A stretch of DNA of 49,916 nt, counting the filler, from Sphacelaria rigidula (lineage: Eukaryota), in the NCBI GenBank assembly GCA_964200075.2. It is 2 parts of 2 records of this genome, joined end to end, with 100 filler letters (N's around TTAATTAATTAA, not from the genome) between each part and the next. Parts side by side here need not be neighbours in the genome. Positions count along the whole stretch, not along the records: positions 1 to 24,927 come from CAXNAA020000185.1; 1 more part is not named here. The stretch is one strand, 5' to 3'. The notes under the pieces are model-generated. The model was given only the letters and a program-made list of their open reading frames with translations. It was not told where the DNA came from and ran no database searches. Made by a program: the position numbers and the translations under genes. How positions within the stretch are numbered: position 1 is the stretch's first letter; every line of letters starts with the position of its first letter. Below are positions 1 through 10,600 of this stretch, piece after piece.

Positions 1-182
1 CCTCCATTTCTCCCCCTTTGCCCTCGTCCTCACCAACAACCATTCCGCGAAGATGTGTGAAAAAAAAAAAATCCTGAAACATCGTGTTAGGGGGGGGGGG
101 GTGTACCCCCAAGTACCCCCAAGAAACTTATTGTTACATTGCGTGCCCCCCGCCGCCGACGACCCGTTTTGCCACTTACAAA

Positions 183-617
183 ATGGAGCTGCAGCATGTG
201 CTCAAGAAAATTCTGGCGCTGTCACATGGACCTCCGTCGGTGATCGTGAACTGCTTCCAGACGGGGTACAGCGACAGCCTTGGCACGACCCCGGCGCGTG
301 TTGGGTGCAGAGTTGTGAAAGCCTCTCGGTCCAGCATTGAAGGGCTCACCGGCCACAACGTCAACTTTTCTGCATGCACCGACTGCGGCGCTGTTTCGGG
401 GTGCTTCGGAGTTCTGGGTGACGTCACGACGCCGTTTCAGTTTGAGCCAGACGACCCCCGTTCGATTCTGCTACAAAGTCTAATCACGGAGACGGAGAAC
501 GGCGCACAATGGGGACAACAGGGTTGCGCTGACGCACGTGTGATTGGCATGATCAACGTGCACAGGTGCATGAAGATGTCTGAAACTCATACGAGGTGCT
601 TTTGTTGCGGACTGTAA
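183..617 (+). CDS. Hypothetical protein (144 aa, Cys-containing)
   Basis: ATG in AAATG context like other viral genes here; followed by an AT-rich spacer convergent with the next gene; no motif recognised. Confidence 0.4.
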   Translation: MELQHVLKKILALSHGPPSVIVNCFQTGYSDSLGTTPARVGCRVVKASRSSIEGLTGHNVNFSACTDCGAVSGCFGVLGDVTTPFQFEPDDPRSILLQSLITETENGAQWGQQGCADARVIGMINVHRCMKMSETHTRCFCCGL

Positions 618-674
618 GTAGGCATTTTTTTAAAACGCCAAATTTGGTTTGTTGGATCTTTAATTCTATTTTTT

Positions 675-1412
675 CTACTTGATGGGTCCTACGAAGACGG
701 GCGATAGCTTCTTCTTCTTCTTAGACTTGTCCTTCGATTTCGCGGTCGGCCTAGGGTCATTCGGGAACAATTTCGCGGTCACATTTTCGAAGTCTTCTTC
801 GTCGATGTCAACCCCTATGTCTGGCACGTGCATGTTCCGCTGTCGGAATGCCGGCGCGCCGGCATCGAAGGCAGACTTGGCCGAGGTCTTCTTCTTGACT
901 CTGGTTCTCTTGACTGACTCAAAGTGTTTCTTGTGACACGTCACGAGGTACTTCCTGAGGGCAGTCCACACGGAGCTCATCGTTTCCCTGCGCAGAGTGA
1001 AATCATTGTTCGTCAGCGTCTTGATCTTTGCGGGAGACGGGACCGCAGATACCATCCTCTCGTGCAGAGCTTTCAAGTGTGCGTCGATGCAAGTGTTTTG
1101 CTTGGACGTCTCCGTAGCCTTTTTTTTGGCATTAGCTCTCTGCTTGCGCAACTCCTTTTCCAACAAGGCAGCGCGCTTTCGCTCGTCGTCGATCTTCTTC
1201 TTGGCTTCTCTCACCTGCTTTTTCATTTCAGCCTTCTCTTTGTCCAGGTTCTTCTTCATCGCAAGCTTCTCCTTCTTCAGCCTTTGCACCTCCGCGCGCT
1301 TTTTCTTGAGCGCATCCGAAACGACTGGCTTCATTTTCCCCGAGGCTCGTCTTGCCTTCAAGATCTGAGCCCTTTGTCGACGACGGGCAGTCGCTGATGT
1401 CGGATCGGCCAT
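675..1412 (-). CDS. Lys/Arg-rich basic coiled-coil hypothetical protein (245 aa)
   Basis: ORF from ATG 1412 (MADPTSA); K/E-rich helical segment, C-terminal KKKKK; AT-rich flanks. Confidence 0.7.
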   Translation of the reverse strand: MADPTSATARRRQRAQILKARRASGKMKPVVSDALKKKRAEVQRLKKEKLAMKKNLDKEKAEMKKQVREAKKKIDDERKRAALLEKELRKQRANAKKKATETSKQNTCIDAHLKALHERMVSAVPSPAKIKTLTNNDFTLRRETMSSVWTALRKYLVTCHKKHFESVKRTRVKKKTSAKSAFDAGAPAFRQRNMHVPDIGVDIDEEDFENVTAKLFPNDPRPTAKSKDKSKKKKKLSPVFVGPIK

Positions 1413-1510
1413 CCTAATAAGTCGGACTTTGAGGTTGTGTAATAATATAATTGTGCATTTTGCGTTCAAAAAGCTCACAAAGGAATGTCACCAGCAGAAC
1501 ATATTCAGTC

Positions 1511-1837
1511 ATGTGCCTGACCTACTTCATGAATTGGTTCCGGAAGAGGTCTGAGAGCCAAGAGGAGAAAGAGAGCGAAGGACCAACGATTATCGAGAGT
1601 GGGCAAGTGTCTGTGTGGAGCCTGAGCGATAATTTCTGCCCGTCGTGGTCCCTCCCCAAGGGCACAAGCAACGGTTTCATCAACGCACGTAAGGTAGTCA
1701 AATTCGACGAGTATCTTGCCCTCGACTCAGAATTCTCGGTTCAGGAATCCCCAGAACACGACGATAGTTTTTCATCCAGTTTGTCTAAGCTACTGGACGG
1801 TTCAAATCACTCACGAGAACAAGACCAACAATCATGA
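1511..1837 (+). CDS. Hypothetical protein (108 aa)
   Basis: ATG at 1511; its stop overlaps the helicase start (ATGA). Confidence 0.55.
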   Translation: MCLTYFMNWFRKRSESQEEKESEGPTIIESGQVSVWSLSDNFCPSWSLPKGTSNGFINARKVVKFDEYLALDSEFSVQESPEHDDSFSSSLSKLLDGSNHSREQDQQS

Positions 1838-3303
1838 TTCCCGCAAGCATCGTGTCGAGGAGAGTGCGCATTCCCAAATGTTGCATAGCTTCATCCAAGG
1901 TGGAGACGGACTTGGTCATCTCGGACAAAAGAAGTCTGGACTTTGGTGCCAGGACGAGCATGAAGACTTATGAGGAACTCCCGAATCATTTTCTCGTGCC
2001 CAAGGCGTACGGCCTGCAATACATTCGGGACAACGACCTGCCGTTTCGTTCGGTCATCCCCGAGGGAGACAGGATTGACGTGTCGTTCAAGGGTCAGCTA
2101 AGAACCGCGCAGGTGCCCGTGGTAGAAGATGCCATGGAATCTCTGGTCAGGGACGAAGGTGCGGTGCTCAACCTCTTTTGCGGCTTCGGAAAGACGACGT
2201 GCGCAAACATGGTGTCTACCCGGCTCGCGCTAAAAACACTAGTCCTCGTGCACACTTCTGCGCTCGCGGAACAATGGAAGGAAAGAATCGAGCAGTTCGT
2301 GGAAGGGTCGTCCGTGGGCATGATCAGGCAAAACACGTTCGACATCGACAACAGGACCCACGTGATCGGGCTGATGCAGTCCATCTCCAAAAGAACGTAC
2401 GAGAAGGGCGCGTTTGACTCGTTCGGCCTCATGATTATCGACGAGTGTCACCACGTCTGTGCCGAACAGCTGAGCAAGTGCATTGAGGTCTCGGGGACAA
2501 AGTACCGCCTAGGCTTGTCGGCAACTCCCTTCAGGGAGGACGGGTTTCATCCTTTTCTGTGGTCTTGCATTGGAAACATAGCGGCGACAATCGAGAGATC
2601 GTCGGACACCCAAGAGCTGTTGGTCGAGGCCGTCCTTGTAGTGAACGGGCCGAGCAAAGTTCATACCACGAAGAGGAGTTTCGGGAGAAGCGTGGTGAAC
2701 ATGTCGAGGATGGTATCTGACCTCTGCGACGAAAACACGGATGAAGCCAGGGAGAGGACCGCGCTTCTGACGACATGCATCTCGGAGAAAGCCGCGGAGG
2801 GAAGGCACGTGATTGTTCTGAGTGATCGAAGGCAGCACCTGAGAACGATCGGTGCCTCGTTGACAGATCTAGGCATCAAGTACGTGTTCATGGTAGGGGG
2901 CGAAGCAGGGATGAAAAGCAATAGTGTTCCGACCTGTGACAGGGTTCTTCACCCCGTTATCTTGGTCACGTACGCCTTCACCTCTGAAGGAGTCGACATC
3001 CCTTCCCTCGACACGGCAATCTTCGCCACCCCGAGGTCGGATGTGGTTCAGACGACGGGGAGAATCCTGCGGAAGTACCCGGACAAGAAGGTTCCTCTAG
3101 TAGTGGATTACGTGGATTCCCCGTTCGTGTTTAGGAACCAGTTTCGAAAGAGAGAGGCATACTACGCGTCCCTCGGAGGGATTGTCAAGAGGCTAGGTCC
3201 GTGGGAGGATCGAAAACAGCCGAAGAAAAAGGTCACGAAAGAGACGTCGAAAACAACATCAAAAAAAGAACCTCAGTTTGATTTTGGTGCGTTGGGAAAT
3301 TGA
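1834..3303 (+). CDS. Superfamily 2 DExH helicase, vaccinia A18-like (NCLDV)
   Basis: Motifs LFCGFGKT (I), VLVHTSALAEQW (Ia), IIDECHH (II), GLSATP (III), SEGVDIP (V), QTTGRILR (VI). Confidence 0.93.
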   Translation: MIPASIVSRRVRIPKCCIASSKVETDLVISDKRSLDFGARTSMKTYEELPNHFLVPKAYGLQYIRDNDLPFRSVIPEGDRIDVSFKGQLRTAQVPVVEDAMESLVRDEGAVLNLFCGFGKTTCANMVSTRLALKTLVLVHTSALAEQWKERIEQFVEGSSVGMIRQNTFDIDNRTHVIGLMQSISKRTYEKGAFDSFGLMIIDECHHVCAEQLSKCIEVSGTKYRLGLSATPFREDGFHPFLWSCIGNIAATIERSSDTQELLVEAVLVVNGPSKVHTTKRSFGRSVVNMSRMVSDLCDENTDEARERTALLTTCISEKAAEGRHVIVLSDRRQHLRTIGASLTDLGIKYVFMVGGEAGMKSNSVPTCDRVLHPVILVTYAFTSEGVDIPSLDTAIFATPRSDVVQTTGRILRKYPDKKVPLVVDYVDSPFVFRNQFRKREAYYASLGGIVKRLGPWEDRKQPKKKVTKETSKTTSKKEPQFDFGALGN

Positions 3304-3337
3304 TTCAATTGTTTTTTTTTAGGAGGTTTAGATTTTG

Positions 3338-4600
3338 TTAGATTTGACCCAAATTTGAGGTTAAGAGATGTCGGAGATCTCTCATTGTTTTCGCGTGCGC
3401 ATCTTTGGAAAGGTTCGCGTGCCGCACACATACCCTGTCCTCCTTCACGACAACGGCTACCATGACGACGCCGTTGCTCGACATTCGCGACGCCTTTACT
3501 TCCTTACTTTCAACGAGACGTGTATTCCAACCGTTCACGCTCATGCGTTGTTGAACGGACTTTAGGACTTCTTTTTCAGCGGTAATGTCGACCCTGACGT
3601 TGAAGTCGAGAGACTTCGATTTCTCTTCCTCAGACGCGTCCTCCGAGAAGGAGTCCGAACTTGATTCGTGGCACAGCCGGACAGACTCGGGTTGGTTCTC
3701 GATCCAAGGATGGAGAAGGAGGCGTCTTGCCGAGAATCGTTTTTCTGGTTCTAAGATGAGCATTTTAGAGATGAAATCCGCGGCATCGTCTCTGACGTGC
3801 TTCGGTGTGGTATACTTGGACTTCGTCGCGTCGGTATCTCGGAAGGGCATGAACCCCACCAAGAGCACGTAAATCATCACGCCTAACGACCAGATATCCG
3901 CTTTGTCGCCCAGGTATTTTTCCCGCTGCAAAATCTCAGGGGCCATGTAGGCCAAAGTCCCGCACATCGTGCTCATCACCTTCATCCTCTTGGAGTTGCC
4001 CTCCATTGTCCTAGGATTAGGGTCTCCACCATCGTTATCATCGTTATCTTGCGTGTAGCAAAACTCGTCCAAGGACAAGGGAGAGATAGATTCGTCGTCC
4101 TCGTCGAGAGACCTATGCACATTGACGAGCTCTTCGACCTCCATGATGGAGGCAAAACCGAAGTCAGCCAAGAGGACGTTGTCGTAGGCGTCGAGCAAGA
4201 TGTTTTCAGGCTTGATATCCCTGTGACACACGTTCCTCAAGTGACAGTAGTTGAGCGCGCTGCAAAGCTGGTAGACGTACCGGCGGCACTCGGTGTCGGA
4301 AAGCTTGCCTCCCCTGGTGATCTTGGCGTACAGCTCTCCCCCGGAAACATAGTCCATGACGATGTACAAGTTTTCTGTCGACATGAGTACCTCCACGATC
4401 TGAACGATGTTCGGATGGTCGAGAACCTTCATGATAGAGATCTCCTTCTTCACCTGGGATCCCATCTGCGACCGCAAGATGCTTTGCTTGGAGATGCTCT
4501 TGATTGCGTACAAAACGTCGGAGTTCTTCTTCTTGGCCAGTTTCACCGTGCCGAAGGCTCCAGTACCAAGAACCCTCGTCGCTTCGTACTCCCCTATCAT
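3338..4600 (-). CDS. Ser/Thr protein kinase, CAMK group (SNF1/CIPK-like), with possible KA1/CIPK-C-like tail
   Basis: GTGAFGTV, YAIK, HRDIKPEN, DFG, CGTLAYMAPE, DIWSLG all intact; no introns. Confidence 0.92.
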   Translation of the reverse strand: MIGEYEATRVLGTGAFGTVKLAKKKNSDVLYAIKSISKQSILRSQMGSQVKKEISIMKVLDHPNIVQIVEVLMSTENLYIVMDYVSGGELYAKITRGGKLSDTECRRYVYQLCSALNYCHLRNVCHRDIKPENILLDAYDNVLLADFGFASIMEVEELVNVHRSLDEDDESISPLSLDEFCYTQDNDDNDGGDPNPRTMEGNSKRMKVMSTMCGTLAYMAPEILQREKYLGDKADIWSLGVMIYVLLVGFMPFRDTDATKSKYTTPKHVRDDAADFISKMLILEPEKRFSARRLLLHPWIENQPESVRLCHESSSDSFSEDASEEEKSKSLDFNVRVDITAEKEVLKSVQQRMSVNGWNTRLVESKEVKASRMSSNGVVMVAVVVKEDRVCVRHANLSKDAHAKTMRDLRHLLTSNLGQI

Positions 4601-4717
4601 AAATTCAAAATTAAAAAGTGTACCTTACCGGTAGTCATATTTTTTTTTCTGTGTGACCCCCACGTTAGAGTGTTTCAATTTATCTTCATACTTAGTATTA
4701 TCAAGTATTGTTAAACG

Positions 4718-5419
4718 ATGACTTCTCAAAACATTACTCGGCTGTGTGTGCTCGGGGAACGAGTCAGCGGGACATGCTTCATCCAGAGCCTCATCACGGA
4801 AAACACCAAGCTCACGCCGGTGTCACCCTACGGGCATAAGCACTTCTACCAGGACATCAACAAGCTTCGTCGCGACAACAACGACGACACTCTCTTCGTG
4901 TTCATCAGCAGAGATCTCATCGACTGGCTAAACTCCTTCAAGAACAACACGTTCCACGCCGAAGCCTCCATCCGAAACTGCAAGGACATGTCTTCCTTTC
5001 TGCGCATGGAGTGGAAATGCATCTTCGACAAGACCTCGGGAACGCCCGAGTCGAGCTCGCAGTACGGGGCAGAGATGATATGCGAGAGGGATCCGATCAA
5101 CGGGAAACGCTTCCCGAACGTCGTGCAGATGAGAAACTCAAAGTTGTGGCACTTCCTCGACGTACACAAACACGTTCGCAACTACGTGCACGTCCGCTAC
5201 GAGGACGTCCGGGAACACCCGGAGAGTTTCCTGGCATCCATCAGTGAGTGTTTCGGAGTCTCCAGATCCAAGATCTTTTACCCGGTCGACACCGTACGAG
5301 GGAAGGGGAGAGTTCCTTACGTCAAGAAGACTTACCCGGAGATGTCCGAAGAAGACAGGACGTTTGTCATCGAAAACGTCGACGAAGACCTGGAGTCGCT
5401 TCTAGGGTACTTGGAGTAA
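4718..5419 (+). CDS. Sulfotransferase-like protein
   Basis: 5'-PSB-like VLGERVSGTCF, 3'-PB-like RDLIDWLNS and VRYEDV motifs. Confidence 0.65.
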   Translation: MTSQNITRLCVLGERVSGTCFIQSLITENTKLTPVSPYGHKHFYQDINKLRRDNNDDTLFVFISRDLIDWLNSFKNNTFHAEASIRNCKDMSSFLRMEWKCIFDKTSGTPESSSQYGAEMICERDPINGKRFPNVVQMRNSKLWHFLDVHKHVRNYVHVRYEDVREHPESFLASISECFGVSRSKIFYPVDTVRGKGRVPYVKKTYPEMSEEDRTFVIENVDEDLESLLGYLE

Positions 5420-5486
5420 AAGTGAAAAAAACAAAAAAAATATGTCGCGTTGTTTGTAAAGAGAAGTCTCATTGCCCAGTTTTCAA

Positions 5487-6824
5487 ATGTCCGTCGAGGC
5501 CTACATCCAACACATCACCAATCACAGCTACCAGGTCTGCAGGAAGCTGTTCTCCGGAGACTTCACCCAGATTGTCAAGCAAAACTATGACGGCACAGAC
5601 GTCTCCCTGCAGCACTCCTTCTACAGCATCGACGACGACGGCGTCGTGCAACAGCTCGGGGGCCTGAGCTTCTCCGAGAACCCAGGGGGATCGGTCAGCC
5701 TGAACCTCAACGTTACCGACTCCGCCTCGGGAGAAACCACTTCCGTTATGGCACTCTCGCCCGAGGGCATGAGCGTTTCGGGAGGAATTGACGTTGTCGG
5801 TGGTTCCACAAATTTCGACACGTCCACCATCAACGTAGCCGACTTCGACATAACCCTCGGGTCCGGAGCCACAGAGTCGTCCCAACTCGACGGAGGAGGC
5901 ATAGTCCTTGGCACCCCGGAATCCGGCACGAGAACGCTACTCTTCTCAGGGGCCATTAACTCGTGGTCGGCTAACGCGGGGTTCAACGTCGAGACCGGGG
6001 AGAGCTTCACCATTAACACCGATTCCGTCGTCCTCGACGAAGCCGGGCTGAAGATCTCGGACATCTTGCTCTCGCAGAGCGGCCTCAACATCGGCGACGA
6101 AGTCGAGCTCAACTCCGCGTCGCTCACCATCGGAGAAACCAACCCGGTGGTTCTCAACGCCTCCGGGTTGACCGTTGGGGACAGCCTCTCCCTGAGCACC
6201 GCCGCGGGTCTTCAGGCAGGGGACATATCCCTCGACAGCAACAACGGACTAGTCATCGGAACGGGAAGCACGGCCTTGATCCTGGACGGATCCGGCCTTT
6301 TCGTGGGAGACTCCATCGAGCTTAGCGTCGCCACCGGCCTGACTCTCGGAACCATCAACCTAAGCACGACGGGCCTCACCGTAGGGACCGACTTGGAGCT
6401 CAGTCAAGCCAACGGTTTGGTGCTGAGCGACGTCATCTTGAAGAACGAGGGGTTGACGTTCGAGTCTGCCACGGGAGACGTCGTCGTCAATGAAGAGGGG
6501 TTGTACGTCGGAGACACGTTCTCCATGACCAAAACTGGAGGGCTGGGATTGGGCCCAGGTCTCCAGATCAGCGACACCTCCATCATCTTCGGGACCAGCC
6601 CCGACGAAACCGTCTTGGACGATCAGTCGCTGAAACTTGGGGAAGACGTTCTCCTCAACCACGACGGGCTCTACTTCTCCAACGCCGACGCCGCCATCTA
6701 CATGTGACCCTCCAACAACTGGAAAATCTCCTTCGACTCGGCATCGGAGAACATCAAATTCGAGTACTTCGACACAAACCTCTCGTCGTACGTGGTGAAG
6801 ATGGAGCTCAAGTCCAGCGAATGA
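5487..6824 (+). pseudogene. Gly/Leu/Ser beta-repeat (fibre-like) virion-type protein interrupted by an in-frame TGA at 6705-6707
   Basis: Repeated (L/I)xxxGLxxG units; the frame continues past the TGA for 38 codons (PSNNWKISFDSASENIKFEYFD...KMELKSSE) with unchanged codon bias. Confidence 0.7.
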
Positions 6825-6858
6825 CTTTGGATTATTTCATTTTAGTTTATTTCTTCTT

Positions 6859-7404
6859 TTACTTTATTTTCACGAAACATCCCGAGTGCCTCACGCTGAA
6901 GTTGCCGTTCTCGGCGACCTTACACCCGGCATCTCCCAAAAGACTTATGAGACCCCTCACAAAAGGCATCCTTCCAAAAGACATCTTCGGACACACCACG
7001 CCCAGACCCGAGCAATTTTTGACCATGTCGTAAAAATGAGACTTGCACGTGACGTGCTCCGTGTTGAACTCAGACTTCTTCTTCACCCTCACTCGAAACT
7101 GCTTCAGATGCCTATAGAACTTCCCGTCCCTCGACTCCACCTCGAAAGATCCCGGGACACACGTGACGTCTTCCATTTCCAAAACACCTAACAACAAGAG
7201 ATTGGTAGACGTGTCCTTCCTCAAGGCAAACACCGCGACACCGTCGCTGGGAACACCAGACATGAAGTCTCTGATGCTCCGGTTTATCCTTGAGCTCGTC
7301 GAGGACATCATGTCGACAAAAATGGTGTCCTCCAGGACAACCACGTCCACGACATATTTCAAACGTGTGTTTAGGATGTAGCTCGCCTTGGAAACCAAAT
7401 CCAT
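6859..7404 (-). CDS. Hypothetical viral protein (181 aa)
   Basis: ATG-initiated ORF filling the space between AT-rich spacers; no motif recognised. Confidence 0.65.
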   Translation of the reverse strand: MDLVSKASYILNTRLKYVVDVVVLEDTIFVDMMSSTSSRINRSIRDFMSGVPSDGVAVFALRKDTSTNLLLLGVLEMEDVTCVPGSFEVESRDGKFYRHLKQFRVRVKKKSEFNTEHVTCKSHFYDMVKNCSGLGVVCPKMSFGRMPFVRGLISLLGDAGCKVAENGNFSVRHSGCFVKIK

Positions 7405-7635
7405 AACGTCTTACCCTAAGGTCCAAGGTCCACGTCTGTCAGCCTTACCGACTCGTAAATGCAGGCAAATTCGCTCTCCGATCCCAACCCTAGTCCCAGA
7501 GTCTTGTTTTTTGTTGATTTTTGGCGTCCTCTGCTAAGAATGCTGGGAATCCTGAGAACACCTTTCCAGCAACACCAAGCACACATGCAAGCAAATAAGA
7601 CCTAGCTAACCAAGTCTCACATAAAAAAAGTGTAA

Positions 7636-10600
7636 CTATTTTTCCCCCAGTTTCTCCTCCAACTTCTTGAGGTCTTCCTCCCACAGAGACTCCACCGTCG
7701 ACCGTTTCAGAGTTTTTAAGTCCTGGGCTCTGCGGGAAGCCGTATCCTTCAGCAGCTTGACCCTCTCCTTCGTGACGTCGAACATCTTCACCGATGTGAT
7801 GTAGTCGAAACTTTTGTCTTCTCCGCCCAGGTGGGTCGGGAGCTTCTTGAACCCGGAGAGTTCCAGGGCTTTCACAGCCTCGTCGTAAGAGACGCCTTCC
7901 AGCAGAATCTGCCCGTTCGTTTTGGCCTCGAAGAATCGAACCTTCGCGGAAAGGACTTCTACCTCGAACTCGAGCACCGAGATGAGGTGCTTCCTGCGGT
8001 CCACGTAAGTTTGGTACCTCTCGACGAAGTGTTCCTCCTCCATGTCCACAACGTTCCCGTACTTCTTGATCTTGCCGCTCGAGTCGAACGCGTGCATGTT
8101 GGTGGTCCTCAACAAGGACGTCAACTTCAACAGGTTCTCAAGGTTGTCAGGGCTCTCATCAGACTTAACAGTCACCGTGAAATCTACCACAGAATCGGTG
8201 CAACGCTCCTCGTAGCCGACGATGAACTTTTTCTCCACGCGAGAGTCCAGGAACTGCTTGTAGGAAGAAACGGACGTCCCGATGGGAATCTCCGTGATGT
8301 TCACCGCCAGAGGCTTAGGGCCCCGAACCTCGTAAACTCCGCGGCACAAGAATCCGCTCTCCGAGGATCCTTCCACAGAGCCGGCGAACCCGCGGAAGTA
8401 AGGCTTCAGAGGCGCTCTAGGCTCGTTCTTCAGCCTCTTCCTCACATTAGAGATGAGTTCCTTGGGGTCGTGGGGGTGGACGTGCGTCGAGTACCCCGTT
8501 GCAATGCTTCGGCAACCGTTCACCAACAACGTCGAGATGACGGGGCAATAGAACAAAGGCTCCGTGGTGACTCCCTCGTCGGTGTTCCACCGAAGAACCG
8601 GGCCATCCTCCTTCCTGAAGAGTAATGAAGTCAAAGGATTCATCTGCACGGAGGTATACCTCGGAGACGCCGCGTCCGACCCGTTCGACAGTCGGCTCCC
8701 AAGCTGACCCTTGGGGAGGAGAAAGTTGATGTTGTTCGAACCGACGAAGTCCTGTGCCATGTTCTGAATCGTCCCGGACATGGAAGTCTCGCCGTGGTGG
8801 TACTGCATCTTGTCCGACACGAACCCGGTCAGCTGCGCGACCTTGGCCTCCACCTTCTCGATCCCCTTCATGAAGGAGCCACACAGAGCCTTCCTCTGGC
8901 TCAACTTGAGGCCGTCCACCACGCTCGGCATGGAACGGAGCAAATCCCCTTGGCTGAAGTGGATCAGCTCTCGGTTTACAAAGTCGCTGATGCCAACCTC
9001 GCGTAGCGCGCTGCCGATGATCAGCTCCGGGTTGTAAGAGGTCAACCACCTCTTGCGATCCCCCGATCTGGTCTTGTCGAAAGCAAGGCTCATGTTCTCC
9101 CGAGAATTCTCGTCGCACGCGTACTTTACGAGGGAGTCGTACACGTTGCTGAAGTACTCCCGAGCCTCGGCAGGAGTGGAAGACCCGAGACCCTTCAGGT
9201 ACTTGATCTTGTACCCGGAGAGTTCAGATTGACTGATATTCTCCTTCCACGCGCAGTAGTCGAAGTCGTTGTAGAAAGTGAGGACTTCACCCTGGGAGCT
9301 AGACCTGGACTTCGTCGCCCGAACGATCGGGGTCGAAATGGACTTGACGTATCCCAACCGGAGGAGGTCCGGCCAAAAAGTGTCGAACAGGTTCAAGAGA
9401 AGGCCACGAATGTGAGAACCGTCAAGGTCGGCGTCCGTCAGCAAGATGATGCCGCCGTACCTGAGCTCCTTCAAGGAATCCTCGTCGTACTTGATGCCGT
9501 TCTGCAGCCCCAGGATCTTCTTGATGTTGGTGATCTCCGCGTTGTTCGAGACCTGGTGAGAAGGAGCGTCTCTCACGTTCAGCAGCTTCCCGCGAAGGGG
9601 GAAACAACCGAACTTCTCGCGCCCGATGACCGACGTCGCGCTCAGCGCCATAGTGAGCGCGCTGTCTCCCTCCGTCACGATCAGCAGACACTCTGAGCTC
9701 TTCCGAGTTCCCGCCCACTGCGCGTCGTGTAGCTTCGGGACTCCCCGGACGACCTTGGACTTCTTCCCGTCGTTGTCGTTAAGCATCGACGCCTCCTTGT
9801 TCTTCAGGACTTCCCCCACGAAGTCCACGATGCCCGTCTTCAACATACGACTCAGCACGGACTCCGGAACACTGAAAGTTGATCCGAAATCCTTCGACGG
9901 CAGGGTCAGCATGTCCTTTGTCTGCCCAGAGAACGTAGGGTTCACGACGTGAGCGCTGACGACAACCGTCAGGAGGTCCTTCACCACCGACGACTTCAAA
10001 CGAGGAGACTTCCATTTCTTCCGCATGTGAGCCAGGAGGCTCTTTACGAAGCCGTCCACGACGTAGTTCACGTGGGTTCCGCCCTGAGGAGTCGACGTGG
10101 AGTTAACGAAAGACAGCTGCCTGAAGTGGCCCACGTCGGGGGTGAAGGCTACCGCGAACTTCCACCGCGGTGCAGTACATGTTGCTATGCAGGACTTCTC
10201 CACGCCGTACAGCGCGAGATACTTCTCCAAGGTGTTTGTCTTGAGGCTCGCTCCGTTAAAGACGACCTTCACGGGGTCCAAAGAGCAAAGAAGGACCTCG
10301 TGGCACCTCCTCCTAATGACCGAGACGACGTCCTCCGGAACGTCCCCCTCAATGCCGAAGCGCGATCCTTCCACGGAGAACGTCACGCGGGTGTAGGGGT
10401 CTCCCGAAAAGTTGGAGATTCTGGGCTTCTCCACCACCTTCATGTTCTCCCGGAAGACTTGGGTGTATTTCTTCTTCTTGACGAAGTCCACCGTCTCCAC
10501 CGTGAACGTGTCCGAGAAGATGCTGGCAATCTTGATGCCAATGCCGTTCCTGCCCACGTTTAGGCGCTCCTCCTTGTCGTCGTAGTTGGAAGAAGTGCGA

